Assembly: GCA_963804995.1 (NCBI GenBank)
Contig: CAWDSK010000006.1
Location: 1,824,001 to 1,888,000 of the forward strand
Direction of reading: 5' to 3'
Length of the DNA stretch: 64,000 nucleotides
Origin: an uncultured Acidobacteriota bacterium
GTDB lineage: Bacteria > Acidobacteriota > Terriglobia > UBA7540
In this document: one piece after another, positions 1 to 10,341 of the stretch
How the letters are laid out: every line of letters starts with the position of its first letter
Numbering within the stretch: the stretch's first letter is position 1
Notes under the pieces: model-generated
Seen by the model: only the letters and a program-made list of their open reading frames with translations
Databases searched by the model: none
Told to the model about the DNA's origin: nothing
Program-made: the position numbers and the translations under genes

Positions 1-851
1 TTGGCGTCCAGCGTCCCGAAAAAGTAGTCATGCTTGTGGGGATCTTTCCAGGCTTCAGAAATATCCACCGGCACCCAGCCCGGGCCATTCACAAAGAACT
101 CCGCCCAGCAGTGATAGCCGGGAATGTTGCCCTCGGAGCCTGTGGGCAGCGGGAAGCCGATTTCAAATCGCGCAGGAATCCCCTCGGCTCGCGCCATGGA
201 AATGAACAAAGAGTGGAAATCCGTGCAGTTGCCGTGCTTGGCATCGCACACCCAAAGCGAATCGCCGCGTCCCCAGCCGTTTCCGGATTTGTCGTATCGC
301 ACCGTTTGAAATACGTAATCATAAAGCGCATGCGCCCGCTCGATGGCGTCTTGCTTGCCGCGGGTGTTTTCGTCCGCCAGCTCTTTCATCCTTCCATCAA
401 TCGGGACCAAGCGGTCGGGGGCGAGGAACCTCGCCAGATTTCTTGGCCCTCCGGTGGTTTCCTGACCAGCCTTGGCCAGAGTCGTATAATCGCCCTTCGA
501 ATACTCCATTCGAGTCACCTGGTACTCCACCGTGAAATCCGCATTGCCTGGCTGCGGGTGCAGGATTTCGCCGTAGAACATGTGATTTCCGAAGGCCGCC
601 TCGCGGGTCTCGCGAAGAGGCACTGGTCCCTTGACGCCCTTCAATACGACCGTTTGATTGGGGTCCGAAACGGCGCGTGGAATCCAGATGCGGACGCGAT
701 TGGCGTCGGTGGGAATCGCCTTGAGTGTGACCTGATACGTGAACGTGAAAGTCCGTGAGGGGGGCGAGAATTCTTCCGGCGTGCGCGCCACCACCGGCAG
801 CCCCAGCAGGACCGATAAACTTAAGCACAAAAGCACACGGTTCGGCTTCAT
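1..851 (-). CDS. Secreted transglutaminase-like domain protein (runs off window start)
   Basis: Manual translation from ATG 851 (RBS GGAGG): MKPNRVLLCLSLSVLLG signal peptide, GNCTDFHSLF, GYHCWAEF and GWVPVD catalytic Cys/His/Asp motifs; not in the ORF track because it is open-ended. Confidence 0.85.
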   Translation of the reverse strand, partial: MKPNRVLLCLSLSVLLGLPVVARTPEEFSPPSRTFTFTYQVTLKAIPTDANRVRIWIPRAVSDPNQTVVLKGVKGPVPLRETREAAFGNHMFYGEILHPQPGNADFTVEYQVTRMEYSKGDYTTLAKAGQETTGGPRNLARFLAPDRLVPIDGRMKELADENTRGKQDAIERAHALYDYVFQTVRYDKSGNGWGRGDSLWVCDAKHGNCTDFHSLFISMARAEGIPARFEIGFPLPTGSEGNIPGYHCWAEFFVNGPGWVPVDISEAWKDPHKHDYFFGTLDA

Positions 852-1143
852 AAAATCCTCCGACTTGGAAATGATCTGTGGAAGTGGAAACAATCGACCC
901 GCGATCGGAGACGTCACATTCAGGTGAAGCCACTGCGGAAGGCGGTAAGTGCAAAGTCAGGTTTGTACATTCTTCGGCCCTGCGTTGTAAAGATGCCTCT
1001 CTATTTTTCCGTTAATTCCTCCCCAGTGTCAAGTCTGAGACATGGCCGGGGTGCGCGACATAAATGTAACGCTCTGGGCTGGCTCTTTTTTTGTCGCTTA
1101 TATCCTAACGTATATGATACGTTAGGATAGAGGAGGCCTTAAC

Positions 1144-1548
1144 ATGCCCCAATCCCTTGACGTCCTGGAGAACCAACGGGCGGAGTTGATCCGCCAGATC
1201 GCCCAACTGGGTGACCTCCGCAGTGGTTCGATCACCAGCATTACCGCCCGCTGCGGCAAGTCCAACTGTCACTGTCATCAGCCCCATCATCCCGGCCACG
1301 GCCCTAACTTCCGGCTCACTTACAAGGTGCAGGGCCGGACCGTCAGCGAAACCTTCCCCAGCCCTGCCGCCCGGCACCAGGCGGAACGACAGATTGCCGA
1401 GTTCCGCAGGTTTCAACAACTGCGCCGGGCCTTCGTGGAGGTGAACGAAAAAATCTGCCGTCAGCGCCCCCTCCCCCAGGAGGCCGAAGCGGCGGAGCAG
1501 GAAAAAAAACGGCGGAAGCCATTCAGCGGGAAGTGGCGCGAGAAGTAG
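1144..1548 (+). CDS. IS orfA, DUF6788-like zinc-binding protein
   Basis: RBS GAGGAGG; GSI...RCGKSNCHC...HPGHGP motif typical of IS-associated DUF6788 proteins. Confidence 0.75.
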   Translation: MPQSLDVLENQRAELIRQIAQLGDLRSGSITSITARCGKSNCHCHQPHHPGHGPNFRLTYKVQGRTVSETFPSPAARHQAERQIAEFRRFQQLRRAFVEVNEKICRQRPLPQEAEAAEQEKKRRKPFSGKWREK

Positions 1549-2861
1549 AGTCCCTGCTGGCGGTGATCTTTGCTGGGCGGCGCAAGTCCGGGACGCTGGA
1601 TTTGGAAGCCGTCGAGATGGCCACACGCGCGGCCTTGCACCGGGCGGGGGCGGCGGTGCTGGAGGAGTTGCTGGCCGCCCCGGACGAGTGCCCTCGCCAA
1701 GTTCCCTGCGGCTGTGGTCGGGGGGCCCCCTACCGCGGCAGGCGTCGGAAGCAACTGCTGACCGTGCTGGGGCGGGTTGAGACCGAGCGTCCCTATTACG
1801 TTTGTCCGGCCTGTCACCGGGGACAGAGTCCCCGCGATCAGGAACTGGATGTGGAGGGCACGGAATATTCTCCTGGGGTGCGACGGATGATGGCGGTGGT
1901 GGGCAGCGAAACCTCCTTTGCGCTCGGTCGAGAACAACTGCAACTGCTGGCCGGGTTGGAGGTGACCACCAAGGCCGTGGAACGGCAGGCAGAGGCTCTG
2001 GGCGCCGAGATTGCCGCCCAGGAACAAGCCTCGATCCAGCAAGGCCTGCAACGGAACTTGCCGCAGGTGAGGGGACCGGAAATTCCGGTACTCTATGTGG
2101 AGATGGATGGGACGGGAGTACCGGTGGTGAGTTCGGAAACCGAGGGTCGAGCGGGGAAACAGAGCGAGCAAGCGCGCCCGCGGGAAGTGAAATTAGGTTG
2201 TGTCTTCGCCCAGACGACACGGGATGCCCGGGGCCGACCGGCGCGCGAAGAAGGCTCCACCACCTACACGGGAGGCATCGAAACGGCCGAGGTTTTTGGG
2301 CGGCGCATCTACCTCGAAGCATATCGTCGGGGCTGGAACCGGGCCCAAAAGAAAGTGGTGATCGGCGATGGTGCTCCTTGGATTTGGAACCTCACCGCCG
2401 AGCACTTTCCGGGAGCCATTCAGATTGTGGATCTTTATCATGCCCGACAGCACTTATGGGAGCTGTCGGGCCAGCTCTGGCCCACCGACGAGCGCCACCG
2501 CCGAAGGTGGACCAGAAAACGGGAGGAGAAGTTGGAGAGCGGGCGGATCGAATCCCTAGTGCGCGATTTGCGCTCGCTGTTCCCAGCCACGCCCGAAGCC
2601 GCCGAACTCTTGCGCCACGCGGCAGATTATTTTACCGTCAACGCCCAACGGATGCGCTATCCGACCTTTCGGCGTCAGCATCTGTTCGTAGGTTCCGGGG
2701 TCGTCGAAGCCGGCTGCAAAACCCTCATCGGCACTCGGCTGAAGCGCTCCGGTATGTTCTGGAGGGTCCGCGGGGCCAATGCCATCATCGCCCTTCGCTG
2801 CCATCGCTTGAGCGGCAAATTCGAGGATTACTGGGAGAACCGTCGCCCCCGCGCGGCCTGA
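1533..2861 (+). CDS. DDE transposase, ISKra4 family
   Basis: EMDGTGVP, IGDGAPWIW, DLYHARQHL, GSGVVEAGCK motifs; CxC...CxxC zinc finger. Confidence 0.9.
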   Translation: MAREVESLLAVIFAGRRKSGTLDLEAVEMATRAALHRAGAAVLEELLAAPDECPRQVPCGCGRGAPYRGRRRKQLLTVLGRVETERPYYVCPACHRGQSPRDQELDVEGTEYSPGVRRMMAVVGSETSFALGREQLQLLAGLEVTTKAVERQAEALGAEIAAQEQASIQQGLQRNLPQVRGPEIPVLYVEMDGTGVPVVSSETEGRAGKQSEQARPREVKLGCVFAQTTRDARGRPAREEGSTTYTGGIETAEVFGRRIYLEAYRRGWNRAQKKVVIGDGAPWIWNLTAEHFPGAIQIVDLYHARQHLWELSGQLWPTDERHRRRWTRKREEKLESGRIESLVRDLRSLFPATPEAAELLRHAADYFTVNAQRMRYPTFRRQHLFVGSGVVEAGCKTLIGTRLKRSGMFWRVRGANAIIALRCHRLSGKFEDYWENRRPRAA

Positions 2862-3124
2862 CCCACACAGATTTGTCGCACACCCACATGGCCGGCCGCG
2901 GGTCTGGTTGCTGTCGAGGTGCCCAGCCCAATCCTGATGCACCCAGGCGCAACTCACGCGGGCAGACCGGCAAAGGTTTTGCTGAAAATGTTATACTGAC
3001 TTTTCAGGGTTGAATTCCGCGACGGTGATTTGAGGGGCGGCAGTGCGGGTACGATCGCATAGATCGTCGCTTCTCGGGCGGGAAGTTGAATCCTGAATAT
3101 CCCTATCTTAAGGAGCAAATCACG

Positions 3125-3550
3125 ATGGCAGCACGAACTTCGGAAGCCGAATGGAAGGGCAATCCTCGTGAAGGCAAGGGGACGATGAAACTCGGAAGCG
3201 GCGCTTACGAGGGTCCGTATTCCTTTGCCTCAAGATTCGAGAGCGGCACAGGCACCAACCCCGAGGAACTAATTGCCGCGGCGCACGCCGGCTGTTTTTC
3301 GATGGCACTCTCAGCGGGATTGGGCCGCGGAGGCTTTACCCCCACGCGCATCCACACCACGGCCACGGTGCATCTGGAGAAAGTGGGCGAGGGGTTTGGC
3401 ATCACCCGGATTGAACTCAACACCGAGGCCCAGATTCCCGGCATCAACGCGCCCACCTTCGAGAAATACGCCGATGACGCCAAGAAAGGCTGCCCGGTGT
3501 CCAAAGTGCTGGCCGGAGCTCAGATTAGCCTAACGGCCAAGCTTGTTTAG
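3125..3550 (+). CDS. osmC: OsmC family peroxiredoxin
   Basis: GTNPEELIAAAHAGCFSMAL and CPVSK motifs; AGGAG RBS before ATG 3125. Confidence 0.93.
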   Translation: MAARTSEAEWKGNPREGKGTMKLGSGAYEGPYSFASRFESGTGTNPEELIAAAHAGCFSMALSAGLGRGGFTPTRIHTTATVHLEKVGEGFGITRIELNTEAQIPGINAPTFEKYADDAKKGCPVSKVLAGAQISLTAKLV

Positions 3551-3648
3551 CCCGGATTTCTCACGACGGGTGGGGAAGGGCGGGGTTTCAACCCTGCCCT
3601 TCCAGCAGCCCGAAGAAATCGGTTTAGCCTGGTGAGAAAATCAGACTA
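3548..3648. mobile_element. MITE-like element with REP hairpin cargo (partial copies near 10010-10070 and 48990-49035)
   Basis: Ends TAGCCCGGATTTCTCAC / GTGAGAAAATCAGACTA; internal GAAGGGCGGGGTTTCAACCCTGCC hairpin. Confidence 0.6.
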
Positions 3649-3667
3649 GAATGGCGCAGGGAACAAA

Positions 3668-4588
3668 GTGCATTCTCACCATCACCATCCAAAGGCGACG
3701 GGCTGGGTCATAAAAATTGCGCTGGTGGCGACGCTCGCCCTGGTGGCCACTGAATTCATCGCCGGCACGCTCGCGCATAGTCTGGCGCTGGTGAGTGACG
3801 GCTGGCACAACCTGACCAACGTCCCCACTCTTATTCTTTCCTGGATTGCTCTGTACGTTGAGCACAAGCCTCCCGACCACAACAAGACTTACGGTTATCA
3901 GCGAGCGGGCGTCCTGGCGGCTTTCGTGAACGCTTTGATCCTGGTGGGCGTCGCGCTGTTTCTCTGTTACGAGGGCTACGAGCGCATTGTGCGGCCTGAG
4001 CCTGTGACCTCCAGCACGATGCTGATCGTGGGCGTTATTGCTCTGATTGTACACGGCACGATTTCCTGGGGCCTGGCGAGTGGACGCGATGATCTGAACC
4101 TGCGCGCGGTCTTCATCCATAACCTCGGCGATGCGCTTTCCAACGTAGCCATCATCGGGGGGGCCTGGCTGATCCACGCCACGGGGAAGACCCTCATTGA
4201 CCCGGCCATCGGGTTTCTGATTTCAGGAATGATCTTGTGGACGGCGGTGGGAATCATCACCGACGCCGCCAACATCCTGTTGGAAAGCCTGCCCAAGGGC
4301 ATGAGCCTCGCGAGGGTGGCGGCCGCCATGCTCCGTGTCGAAGGGGTCAAGGGAGTTCACGACGTGCACATCTGGAGCCTGGGTTCGAATTCCCACGCCC
4401 TTTCCTGCCACGTGCACATTCTCAACATGCCGACTTCGGAGAGCGAGCAGATTTGCCACCAGCTTCGTGAGGTGCTGGCCCGCGAGTTTGGGATCCATCA
4501 CACTACGATACAATTTGAGCACACCCACCCGCCCGGCGAATTCCACATGTACATGCCGGACCCGGCGCCTTCCAGCAAAGGGAAATAG
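3668..4588 (+). CDS. Cation diffusion facilitator (CzcD/ZitB-like) transporter
   Basis: SLALVSDGWH, TYGYQR, HNLGDAL, HDVHIWSL motifs; His-rich N-terminus. Confidence 0.9.
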   Translation: MHSHHHHPKATGWVIKIALVATLALVATEFIAGTLAHSLALVSDGWHNLTNVPTLILSWIALYVEHKPPDHNKTYGYQRAGVLAAFVNALILVGVALFLCYEGYERIVRPEPVTSSTMLIVGVIALIVHGTISWGLASGRDDLNLRAVFIHNLGDALSNVAIIGGAWLIHATGKTLIDPAIGFLISGMILWTAVGIITDAANILLESLPKGMSLARVAAAMLRVEGVKGVHDVHIWSLGSNSHALSCHVHILNMPTSESEQICHQLREVLAREFGIHHTTIQFEHTHPPGEFHMYMPDPAPSSKGK

Positions 4589-4621
4589 AAACAGCCAATT
4601 GAAACGAGGTAGGCCGAGGTT

Positions 4622-5902
4622 TCAGGATTTCGGCGTGATGCGCTCCAGGCCGTCGAGGTAAGGGCGCAGGGCTTTGGGGATGATGACGGAGCCGTCGGCC
4701 TGCTGGTAGTTTTCGATGAGGGCAAGCCAGGTGCGGCCCACGGCCAGACCGCTGCCGTTGAGCGTGTGCAGAAATGCCGTCTTGCCGGCCTTGCCGCGGC
4801 GAAAGCGCAGGTTGGCCCGGCGAGCCTGAAAAGCCTCGAAGTTCGAGCAGGAGGAAATCTCTTTGTACTCGCGCGCCGCGGGCAACCAGACCTCCAGGTC
4901 GTAAGTCTTGGCGGAGCTGAATCCCAAATCGCCCGTACACAGCGTGATGACGCGGTAGGGCAGCTCCAGCCGCTGAAGAATTTCCTCCGCATCGTGCGTA
5001 AGGCGCTCGAGTTCATCGTAGGAATTTTCCGGTAGCGTGAACTTTACGAGCTCCACCTTCTGGAACTGGTGCTGACGGATAATACCGCGCGTGTCCTTGC
5101 CGTAGGAGCCCGCCTCGCTGCGGAAGCAGGCCGTCCAGGCGCAATGTTTGACCGGCAGATTCTCAGCCTCCAGCACCTCATCCCGGTAGAGATTGGTCAC
5201 CGGAACTTCCGCCGTCGGGATCAGCCAATAATCCGTGCCCTCCAGCTTGAAAAGGTCTTCTTTGAATTTCGGCAACTGGCCCGTACCAAAAAGGCTGGCG
5301 GAGTTCACCACAAAGGGCGGCAGGATCTCGGTGTAACCATGTTCCCGCGTATGCACATCGAGCATGAAGTTGGCAAGCGCCCGCTCCAGTTTCGCGCCGA
5401 CTCCGACATACACCGCGAAGCGCGCCCCGGCAATTTTGGTGGCGCGTTCGAAATCCAGAATGCCCAGGGCCGGGCCCAGGTCCCAATGCGCCTGGGGCTC
5501 GAAATCAAACTGGCGCGGCTCACCCCAACGGCGCACTTCCTGATTGTCCTCGGCGCCCTGCCCCACCGGTACACTCGAGTCCGGCACATTGGGCACGATG
5601 CGCAGCACCTCGCGCAAGCGCTCATCGCAGGCCTTGGCCTGCTCGTCCAGTTGCTGGATCTCTTCGGACAGTGGCTTCATTTCCGCAATCAAATGTGAGG
5701 CGTCCTGCTTCTGTTTTTTGAGTGAGGCGATCTCGTCGGAAACCTTGTTGCGCCGCGCCTTGCGGCCTTCAACTTCCAGGAGCAGCCTGCGCCGTTCGCG
5801 GTCCAGCGTTTCAAAATCGCCCAGCACCTTGGCGAGGCCGCGTTCGCGCATCTTCTGCTTCACCAATTCCAAGTTGTCGCGTACAAAACCAAGGTCCAAC
5901 AT
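4622..5902 (-). CDS. serS: Serine--tRNA ligase
   Basis: [44 protein letters not shown]. Confidence 0.98.
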   Translation of the reverse strand: MLDLGFVRDNLELVKQKMRERGLAKVLGDFETLDRERRRLLLEVEGRKARRNKVSDEIASLKKQKQDASHLIAEMKPLSEEIQQLDEQAKACDERLREVLRIVPNVPDSSVPVGQGAEDNQEVRRWGEPRQFDFEPQAHWDLGPALGILDFERATKIAGARFAVYVGVGAKLERALANFMLDVHTREHGYTEILPPFVVNSASLFGTGQLPKFKEDLFKLEGTDYWLIPTAEVPVTNLYRDEVLEAENLPVKHCAWTACFRSEAGSYGKDTRGIIRQHQFQKVELVKFTLPENSYDELERLTHDAEEILQRLELPYRVITLCTGDLGFSSAKTYDLEVWLPAAREYKEISSCSNFEAFQARRANLRFRRGKAGKTAFLHTLNGSGLAVGRTWLALIENYQQADGSVIIPKALRPYLDGLERITPKS

Positions 5903-6165
5903 GGGAACCATCCACCCCTTCGCGCGAAGCCATCAGGAAAATCATCCGGCGATGCCAGGCACAGCCAATCTAAACCACCCGCCCACACCTGTCAAACTTC
6001 CAGACCTCGCGGACCCCGAGGGGCTCGCCAGAACCGCGAAAGTGCTGCCTAAACCCTTCACAGGATCAACTATAATTAGAGGCTAGAACAAGAAAAGGCT
6101 GATTTAATGCGGGGGTACGAGGGGCGAGGGGCTACGCAAAGCGCACACTTTAAATGCTTCAATTT

Positions 6166-6371
6166 TGTGCAAAACTATTTCTTGGAATTAGTGTTTTTGG
6201 CAAGAGTATTTTTGTCATAAAGAGTACGGATATATCGCCATCAGTGCTTGTAACCCATTGAAAACACAGGGCGATTCATGCCAACCCTGAGCGGGACCCG
6301 CATGAATGGCGGGTGGCATCACCACATCGTTACGCCCAATCACGAATACTTTTTCCACAAGATTTTCCACA
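6166..6371. promoter_or_regulatory. Cluster of three DnaA-box matches and one IHF-like site
   Basis: TTTTCCACA at 6351-6359 and 6363-6371, TGTGCAAAA at 6166-6174 (all fit TTWTNCACA); TAACCCATTGAAA 6251-6263 is one mismatch from the IHF consensus. Confidence 0.4.
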
Positions 6372-6399
6372 GCGACTTTTCCGTCGGATTGGAAAAGGC

Positions 6400-7671
6400 T
6401 TACCGCTTTTCCAAGGGTTCTCGCTGGGAGGATTTGAGCCTTTCACGCACCGACTCTGGGACCTTGGCGCGCACTCGAATTCGGCCCGCTTCATAATGCG
6501 TGGAGACCACAGTTCCTGATTGGTGCAAAAACGCCAATTGCTTTCCGTCACTCGCGGACAGTTCAAAATCCTCTTCCACGACTGGGTCTGCCCCCAAAGC
6601 TTCGTCAATCTGTTGCCGCAAATCCTCCAGACCCTCACCACTCTGGGCGGAAACGCAGACGTTGGAAGCGCCGGCTTCGAGCTTGCGTCGTTCCCCGGGT
6701 TCGAGCAGGTCAACCTTGTTCCAAACGTGCAGTCGCGGAGTAGAGGCCACGCCCAGGTCTTCCAGCAACGCCTCCACGGCAGCGTCTTGCGAATCATGCT
6801 GCGCATCCGAAGCGTCTGTGACGTGCAGCAGCAGGCTCGAATCCTCCAACTCCTCGAACGTGGCGCGGAAGGATGCGACGAGGTGATGCGGCAGCTTGCG
6901 AATGAAACCCACGGTGTCGGAAAGCAAGACGGGCCGGTGAGAGGCGAGCGGCAGCGCGCGGACGGTGGGGTCCAACGTGGCGAAGAGGCGCGCTGAGGTC
7001 TCCACTCCCGCCGAGGTCAAGGCATTAAACAAGGTGGACTTACCTGCGTTCGTATAGCCTACCAATGCCACAGTCTTGAAGTTCTGGTCACGCCGGTGGG
7101 CGCGATGCAAGGCCCGCTGCGAGCGGACGCGTTCGATGGAATCCGTGAGATGGCGGATGCGCCGCCGGATGCGACAACGGTCGACCTCAAGCTGTTGCTC
7201 ACCAGGACCGCGGGTGCCGATTCCGCCGCCCAGCCGCGAAAGCAGGGTTCCCCGCCCCGAAAGCCTGGGCAGCAGGTAATTCAATTGCGCCAGCTCCACC
7301 TGGAGCTGGCCTTCGCGGCTGCGGGCCCGGCGCGCGAAGATGTCGAGAATAATCTGGGTACGGTCGATGACCTTCAGCTCCAGAGATTTTTCGAGGTTGC
7401 GAAGCTGGGTGGGGGTCAGATCGTTGTCAAGGATGACCAGGTCGGCCGCCGTGGCGCGCGCCTGCGTGCGCACTTCGTGGACCTTGCCGCGCCCCAGCAG
7501 CGTGGCCGGGTCAGGCTCGGGCGTGCGTTGCAACAGCGTCCCCACCACCCGGGCCCCGGCGCTGAGGGCAAGTTCGCGCAGTTCCTGCAGGGAATCCTCT
7601 GCGTCGCCAATGCTGACGGGCATTCCCTCGCGCCGGGTAGATTCCCAGCCGGCCAGAAACGCTTTCTCCAT
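6400..7671 (-). CDS. hflX: GTPase HflX
   Basis: GGGIGTRGPGE, GYTNAGKSTL, FATLDPT, DTVGFI, NKVD. Confidence 0.97.
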   Translation of the reverse strand: MEKAFLAGWESTRREGMPVSIGDAEDSLQELRELALSAGARVVGTLLQRTPEPDPATLLGRGKVHEVRTQARATAADLVILDNDLTPTQLRNLEKSLELKVIDRTQIILDIFARRARSREGQLQVELAQLNYLLPRLSGRGTLLSRLGGGIGTRGPGEQQLEVDRCRIRRRIRHLTDSIERVRSQRALHRAHRRDQNFKTVALVGYTNAGKSTLFNALTSAGVETSARLFATLDPTVRALPLASHRPVLLSDTVGFIRKLPHHLVASFRATFEELEDSSLLLHVTDASDAQHDSQDAAVEALLEDLGVASTPRLHVWNKVDLLEPGERRKLEAGASNVCVSAQSGEGLEDLRQQIDEALGADPVVEEDFELSASDGKQLAFLHQSGTVVSTHYEAGRIRVRAKVPESVRERLKSSQREPLEKR

Positions 7672-7693
7672 CACTCCGGAGCGTCGAATACTT

Positions 7694-7939
7694 TTATCCT
7701 TCCGCAGTCACCGCGAGGGGTGGCGCGCCAATCGAGCGCGGCAGCACCACCGTGGCAACCGCGTGCTTGAAGACCATCTGTTCCTGGTGGTTGCTTTCCA
7801 GAATCAGCGAGTACTTGTCAAAACTCCGGATGCGTCCTGTCAGTTTGACTCCACTCAACAGGTAAACCGTGACCAGAGTTTTTTCCTTGCGGGCGGAATT
7901 CAAAAAACCGTCCTGAATGTTTTGCGGTTGTTTATCCAT
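7694..7939 (-). CDS. hfq: RNA chaperone Hfq
   Basis: NIQDGFLN...[11 protein letters not shown]...FDKY...VFKHAV; miaA-hfq-hflX order. Confidence 0.97.
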   Translation of the reverse strand: MDKQPQNIQDGFLNSARKEKTLVTVYLLSGVKLTGRIRSFDKYSLILESNHQEQMVFKHAVATVVLPRSIGAPPLAVTAEG

Positions 7940-8057
7940 TTTTTCTCTTTTCTTGTCCGGCAGGGCGCTGGAAACTTCCGCGTGCGCGGGAAGCGGCGAT
8001 CCGGCCGCTACCTTTTTTCGAGCGCCCTCCCAGAAACAATCAAGGATTGCCCTGACG

Positions 8058-9236
8058 TCAATGTCCCGGCGCCGGCGAAATCACAGGGGGGTCGAGTTTA
8101 AAATTCCCCGCGAGGGCCGGCATCCGGCTCAGGGTCTCCATAATGCGACGTTGAACGTCCGGGTCGTCGCCAAGCCCTTCGTACCAGGTGATGTCCGCCT
8201 CGCGCCGGAACCAGGTGATCTGGCGCTTGGCATAGTGCCTCGTGGCAATTTGCGTTAAACCCAAGGCTTCTTCTTGACTGGTCTTGCCTTCCCAAGCGGC
8301 CGAGGCTTGCCGATAACCCAAGGCCCCTAAAGCTTTGATGCATTCCGCGTCCGGACGGGCAAGCAGGGCGCGAGTTTCTTTCATCAATCCCGCCGCGAAC
8401 ATGCCTTCGACGCGCCGGTTGATGCGCTCGTAAAGTTGTGCCCGAGGGGGAGCGAGACCGATTTTAATGACGCGAAACCCCTCGAGCCCCACTCGCCCGC
8501 GCGCGTGCAGCGTGGAGAGCGGCTGGCGCGCCAGGATGCACACCTCGAGAGCACGGATCAGTTTCTGCGTGTCGCGAGGCAGAATGCGCCCGGCGGCCAC
8601 CGCGTCGAGGCGCCGAAGCAGGCGATGCAGAAATTCACGCCCGCGCCGCCGGGCCACAGCCCTCAAACGCTCCCGCAAAGCCTCCGAACGCGCCGGCCCC
8701 TCGAAAAGTCCCAGAAGCAGCGCTCGCAGGTAAAGCCCCGTGCCGCCCACCAGGATGGGCAGCATTCCACGCGCGCACACATCGCCTAAAACCTTCTGCG
8801 CCTCGCGCCGGTAGTCCCCCGCCGTGAAGACCTGACCGGGTTCCAGGCAATCCAGCAGGTGGTGCGGAATTCCCCGCCGCTCCTCCGGCATCAGCTTCCC
8901 TGAACCCACGTCGAAGCCGCGGTACAACTGAACGGAATCGTAATTTACAACTTCCCCGCCCAGGCGCTCGGCCAGCTCCAGAGCCAACGTAGACTTGCCG
9001 GCGGCGGTGGGGCCCACGATCGCTACGAGAGGATAGTCTCCCCCGCCTGGCTCGATTTTCTTGAGGCGCCGTGCCCACTGAACAGCATCGACCCCTTGGT
9101 CTGATGCGGTGTGGGCACTGGATCCACCCTGCTGGATCGCGAGATCCAATGGCGAGAGGCGTGAGTCGGAAGCACACGTCAATGAAGCCACCGCGGAAGT
9201 GCGTTCGGCATCTTGATCTGTGCAGGGGAATGCCAC
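8058..9236 (-). CDS. miaA: tRNA dimethylallyltransferase (true start probably near 9.08-9.11 kb)
   Basis: [39 protein letters not shown]. Confidence 0.95.
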   Translation of the reverse strand: MAFPCTDQDAERTSAVASLTCASDSRLSPLDLAIQQGGSSAHTASDQGVDAVQWARRLKKIEPGGGDYPLVAIVGPTAAGKSTLALELAERLGGEVVNYDSVQLYRGFDVGSGKLMPEERRGIPHHLLDCLEPGQVFTAGDYRREAQKVLGDVCARGMLPILVGGTGLYLRALLLGLFEGPARSEALRERLRAVARRRGREFLHRLLRRLDAVAAGRILPRDTQKLIRALEVCILARQPLSTLHARGRVGLEGFRVIKIGLAPPRAQLYERINRRVEGMFAAGLMKETRALLARPDAECIKALGALGYRQASAAWEGKTSQEEALGLTQIATRHYAKRQITWFRREADITWYEGLGDDPDVQRRIMETLSRMPALAGNFKLDPPVISPAPGH

Positions 9237-9354
9237 TACGGAATTCTACCATATCCCGCGAAGCTTTTTGTCCCTGGCGCGTTGATGGGTGGTGTCGCAG
9301 TTTGCCGCAGAGGCGGCTTGATGCCACGATCAGCACGACCCGTTTATATTGTCA

Positions 9355-9552
9355 GCACCACCCCGGCGCTCGGCCCCGATCATCAATTTGGAAAGAACGC
9401 GCTATCGGGGCTCGGCGCGTCACCCCTCCTCATCTGAGGCTGTCTCAAAACTGGCAAATTCACGGTTTTTACGACGAATAATCAATAACTTACGCTGTGC
9501 AAAAGTCAGAAATACCTAGTTTTGAGACAGCCTCATCTGAGGAGGGGAGTTC
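9355..9552. repeat. ACCACCCCGG/CCCCTCCT REP-like element interrupted by a MITE (related copy 39177-39319)
   Basis: CACCCCTCCTCATCTGAGGAGGGGAG hairpin once the insert is removed. Confidence 0.65.
9436..9534. mobile_element. 99-bp MITE with 17-bp TIRs and ATCT target duplication
   Basis: GAGGCTGTCTCAAAACT / AGTTTTGAGACAGCCTC; ATCT at 9432-9435 and 9535-9538. Confidence 0.85.
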
Positions 9553-9797
9553 TTTAATAACTCCCATCCATATTTCTCACTTTTCGTCCCCTGCGATTTA
9601 ACCCCACCTTCATCAATCCCTCGATCATCCGTAACGGTCGGATGGGATACTGTGCCTCGGAGCGAAACCGCGGAAAAAACGAGTTGTGGCCAAGCAACAG
9701 GTGACGTCATTGCGGCGGGGCCTGTGTTCGAAGCCGGCGTGGAGGGCGGCGTGGGTAGTGCCGCTCTTCTCGTCGGCGAATTTGGAGGTTATTCACT

Positions 9798-10001
9798 ATG
9801 AATACCAAAGCGCAAGTAGGTGAAGCGGCTGGGGAGGTCTGGCGCCTACTCGATCAGCATGGACCGCAGACGCTGGCTCAACTGAAGAAGAGAATGAACG
9901 GCAGCAGCGAACTCCTGAGCTTCGCGATCGGCTGGCTGGCGCGCGAAGACAAGTTGGAGATCCACCCGGAAAGGAAATCATTCAAGCTGCAACTGAAGTA
10001 G
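9798..10001 (+). CDS. Winged-helix protein (DUF2582-like)
   Basis: VGEAAGEVWRLL...AIGWLAREDK signature; GGAGG RBS. Confidence 0.8.
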   Translation: MNTKAQVGEAAGEVWRLLDQHGPQTLAQLKKRMNGSSELLSFAIGWLAREDKLEIHPERKSFKLQLK

Positions 10002-10115
10002 CACGCCGTTAGCCCGGATTTCCCACCAGGCGGAACCATTTTTTTCGAGCGGCTGAAAGGGCGGGGCTTATGGTTTTTAAATTTTTGACTTGTGGAATTC
10101 TCGAACGCCCACGTG

Positions 10116-10256
10116 ACCCCTCACCCGTCCCGCCCGGGCTGATGAAAACGCCGGTGGCGGTCCACCCTCTCCCCTCGGAGAGGGCTAGGCAGCGTAAGTC
10201 CCAACCTTCTCCCAGGGGGAGAAGGTGGCCGACGTAGGAGGACGGATGAGGGGTTA
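10116..10256. repeat. CCCCTCACCC/CTCTCCC palindromic repeat (family also near 15.09, 18.72, 31.04, 45.08, 54.40 kb)
   Basis: CCCCTCACCCGTCCCGCCC..GCTGATGAAAACGCC..CACCCTCTCCC recurs about 6 times in the window. Confidence 0.8.
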
Positions 10257-10341
10257 CTTCCACGCGCGGGGCGTCGGAACAATCTACACCTTATGAATTC
10301 GAAAGCCATAAACCTCGCCCTTCGAGGAACAGGGAGGGATT

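Larger units (their letters stand above)
1049..2885 (+). mobile_element. ISKra4-family-like insertion sequence
   Basis: TIRs GGGTGCGCGACA / TGTCGCACACCC; 9-bp direct repeat ACATGGCCG at 1040-1048 and 2886-2894; encloses orfA and transposase. Confidence 0.9.

Noticed and set aside
30..758. 242-aa + strand ORF
   Set aside because: Antisense to the transglutaminase-like gene on the minus strand
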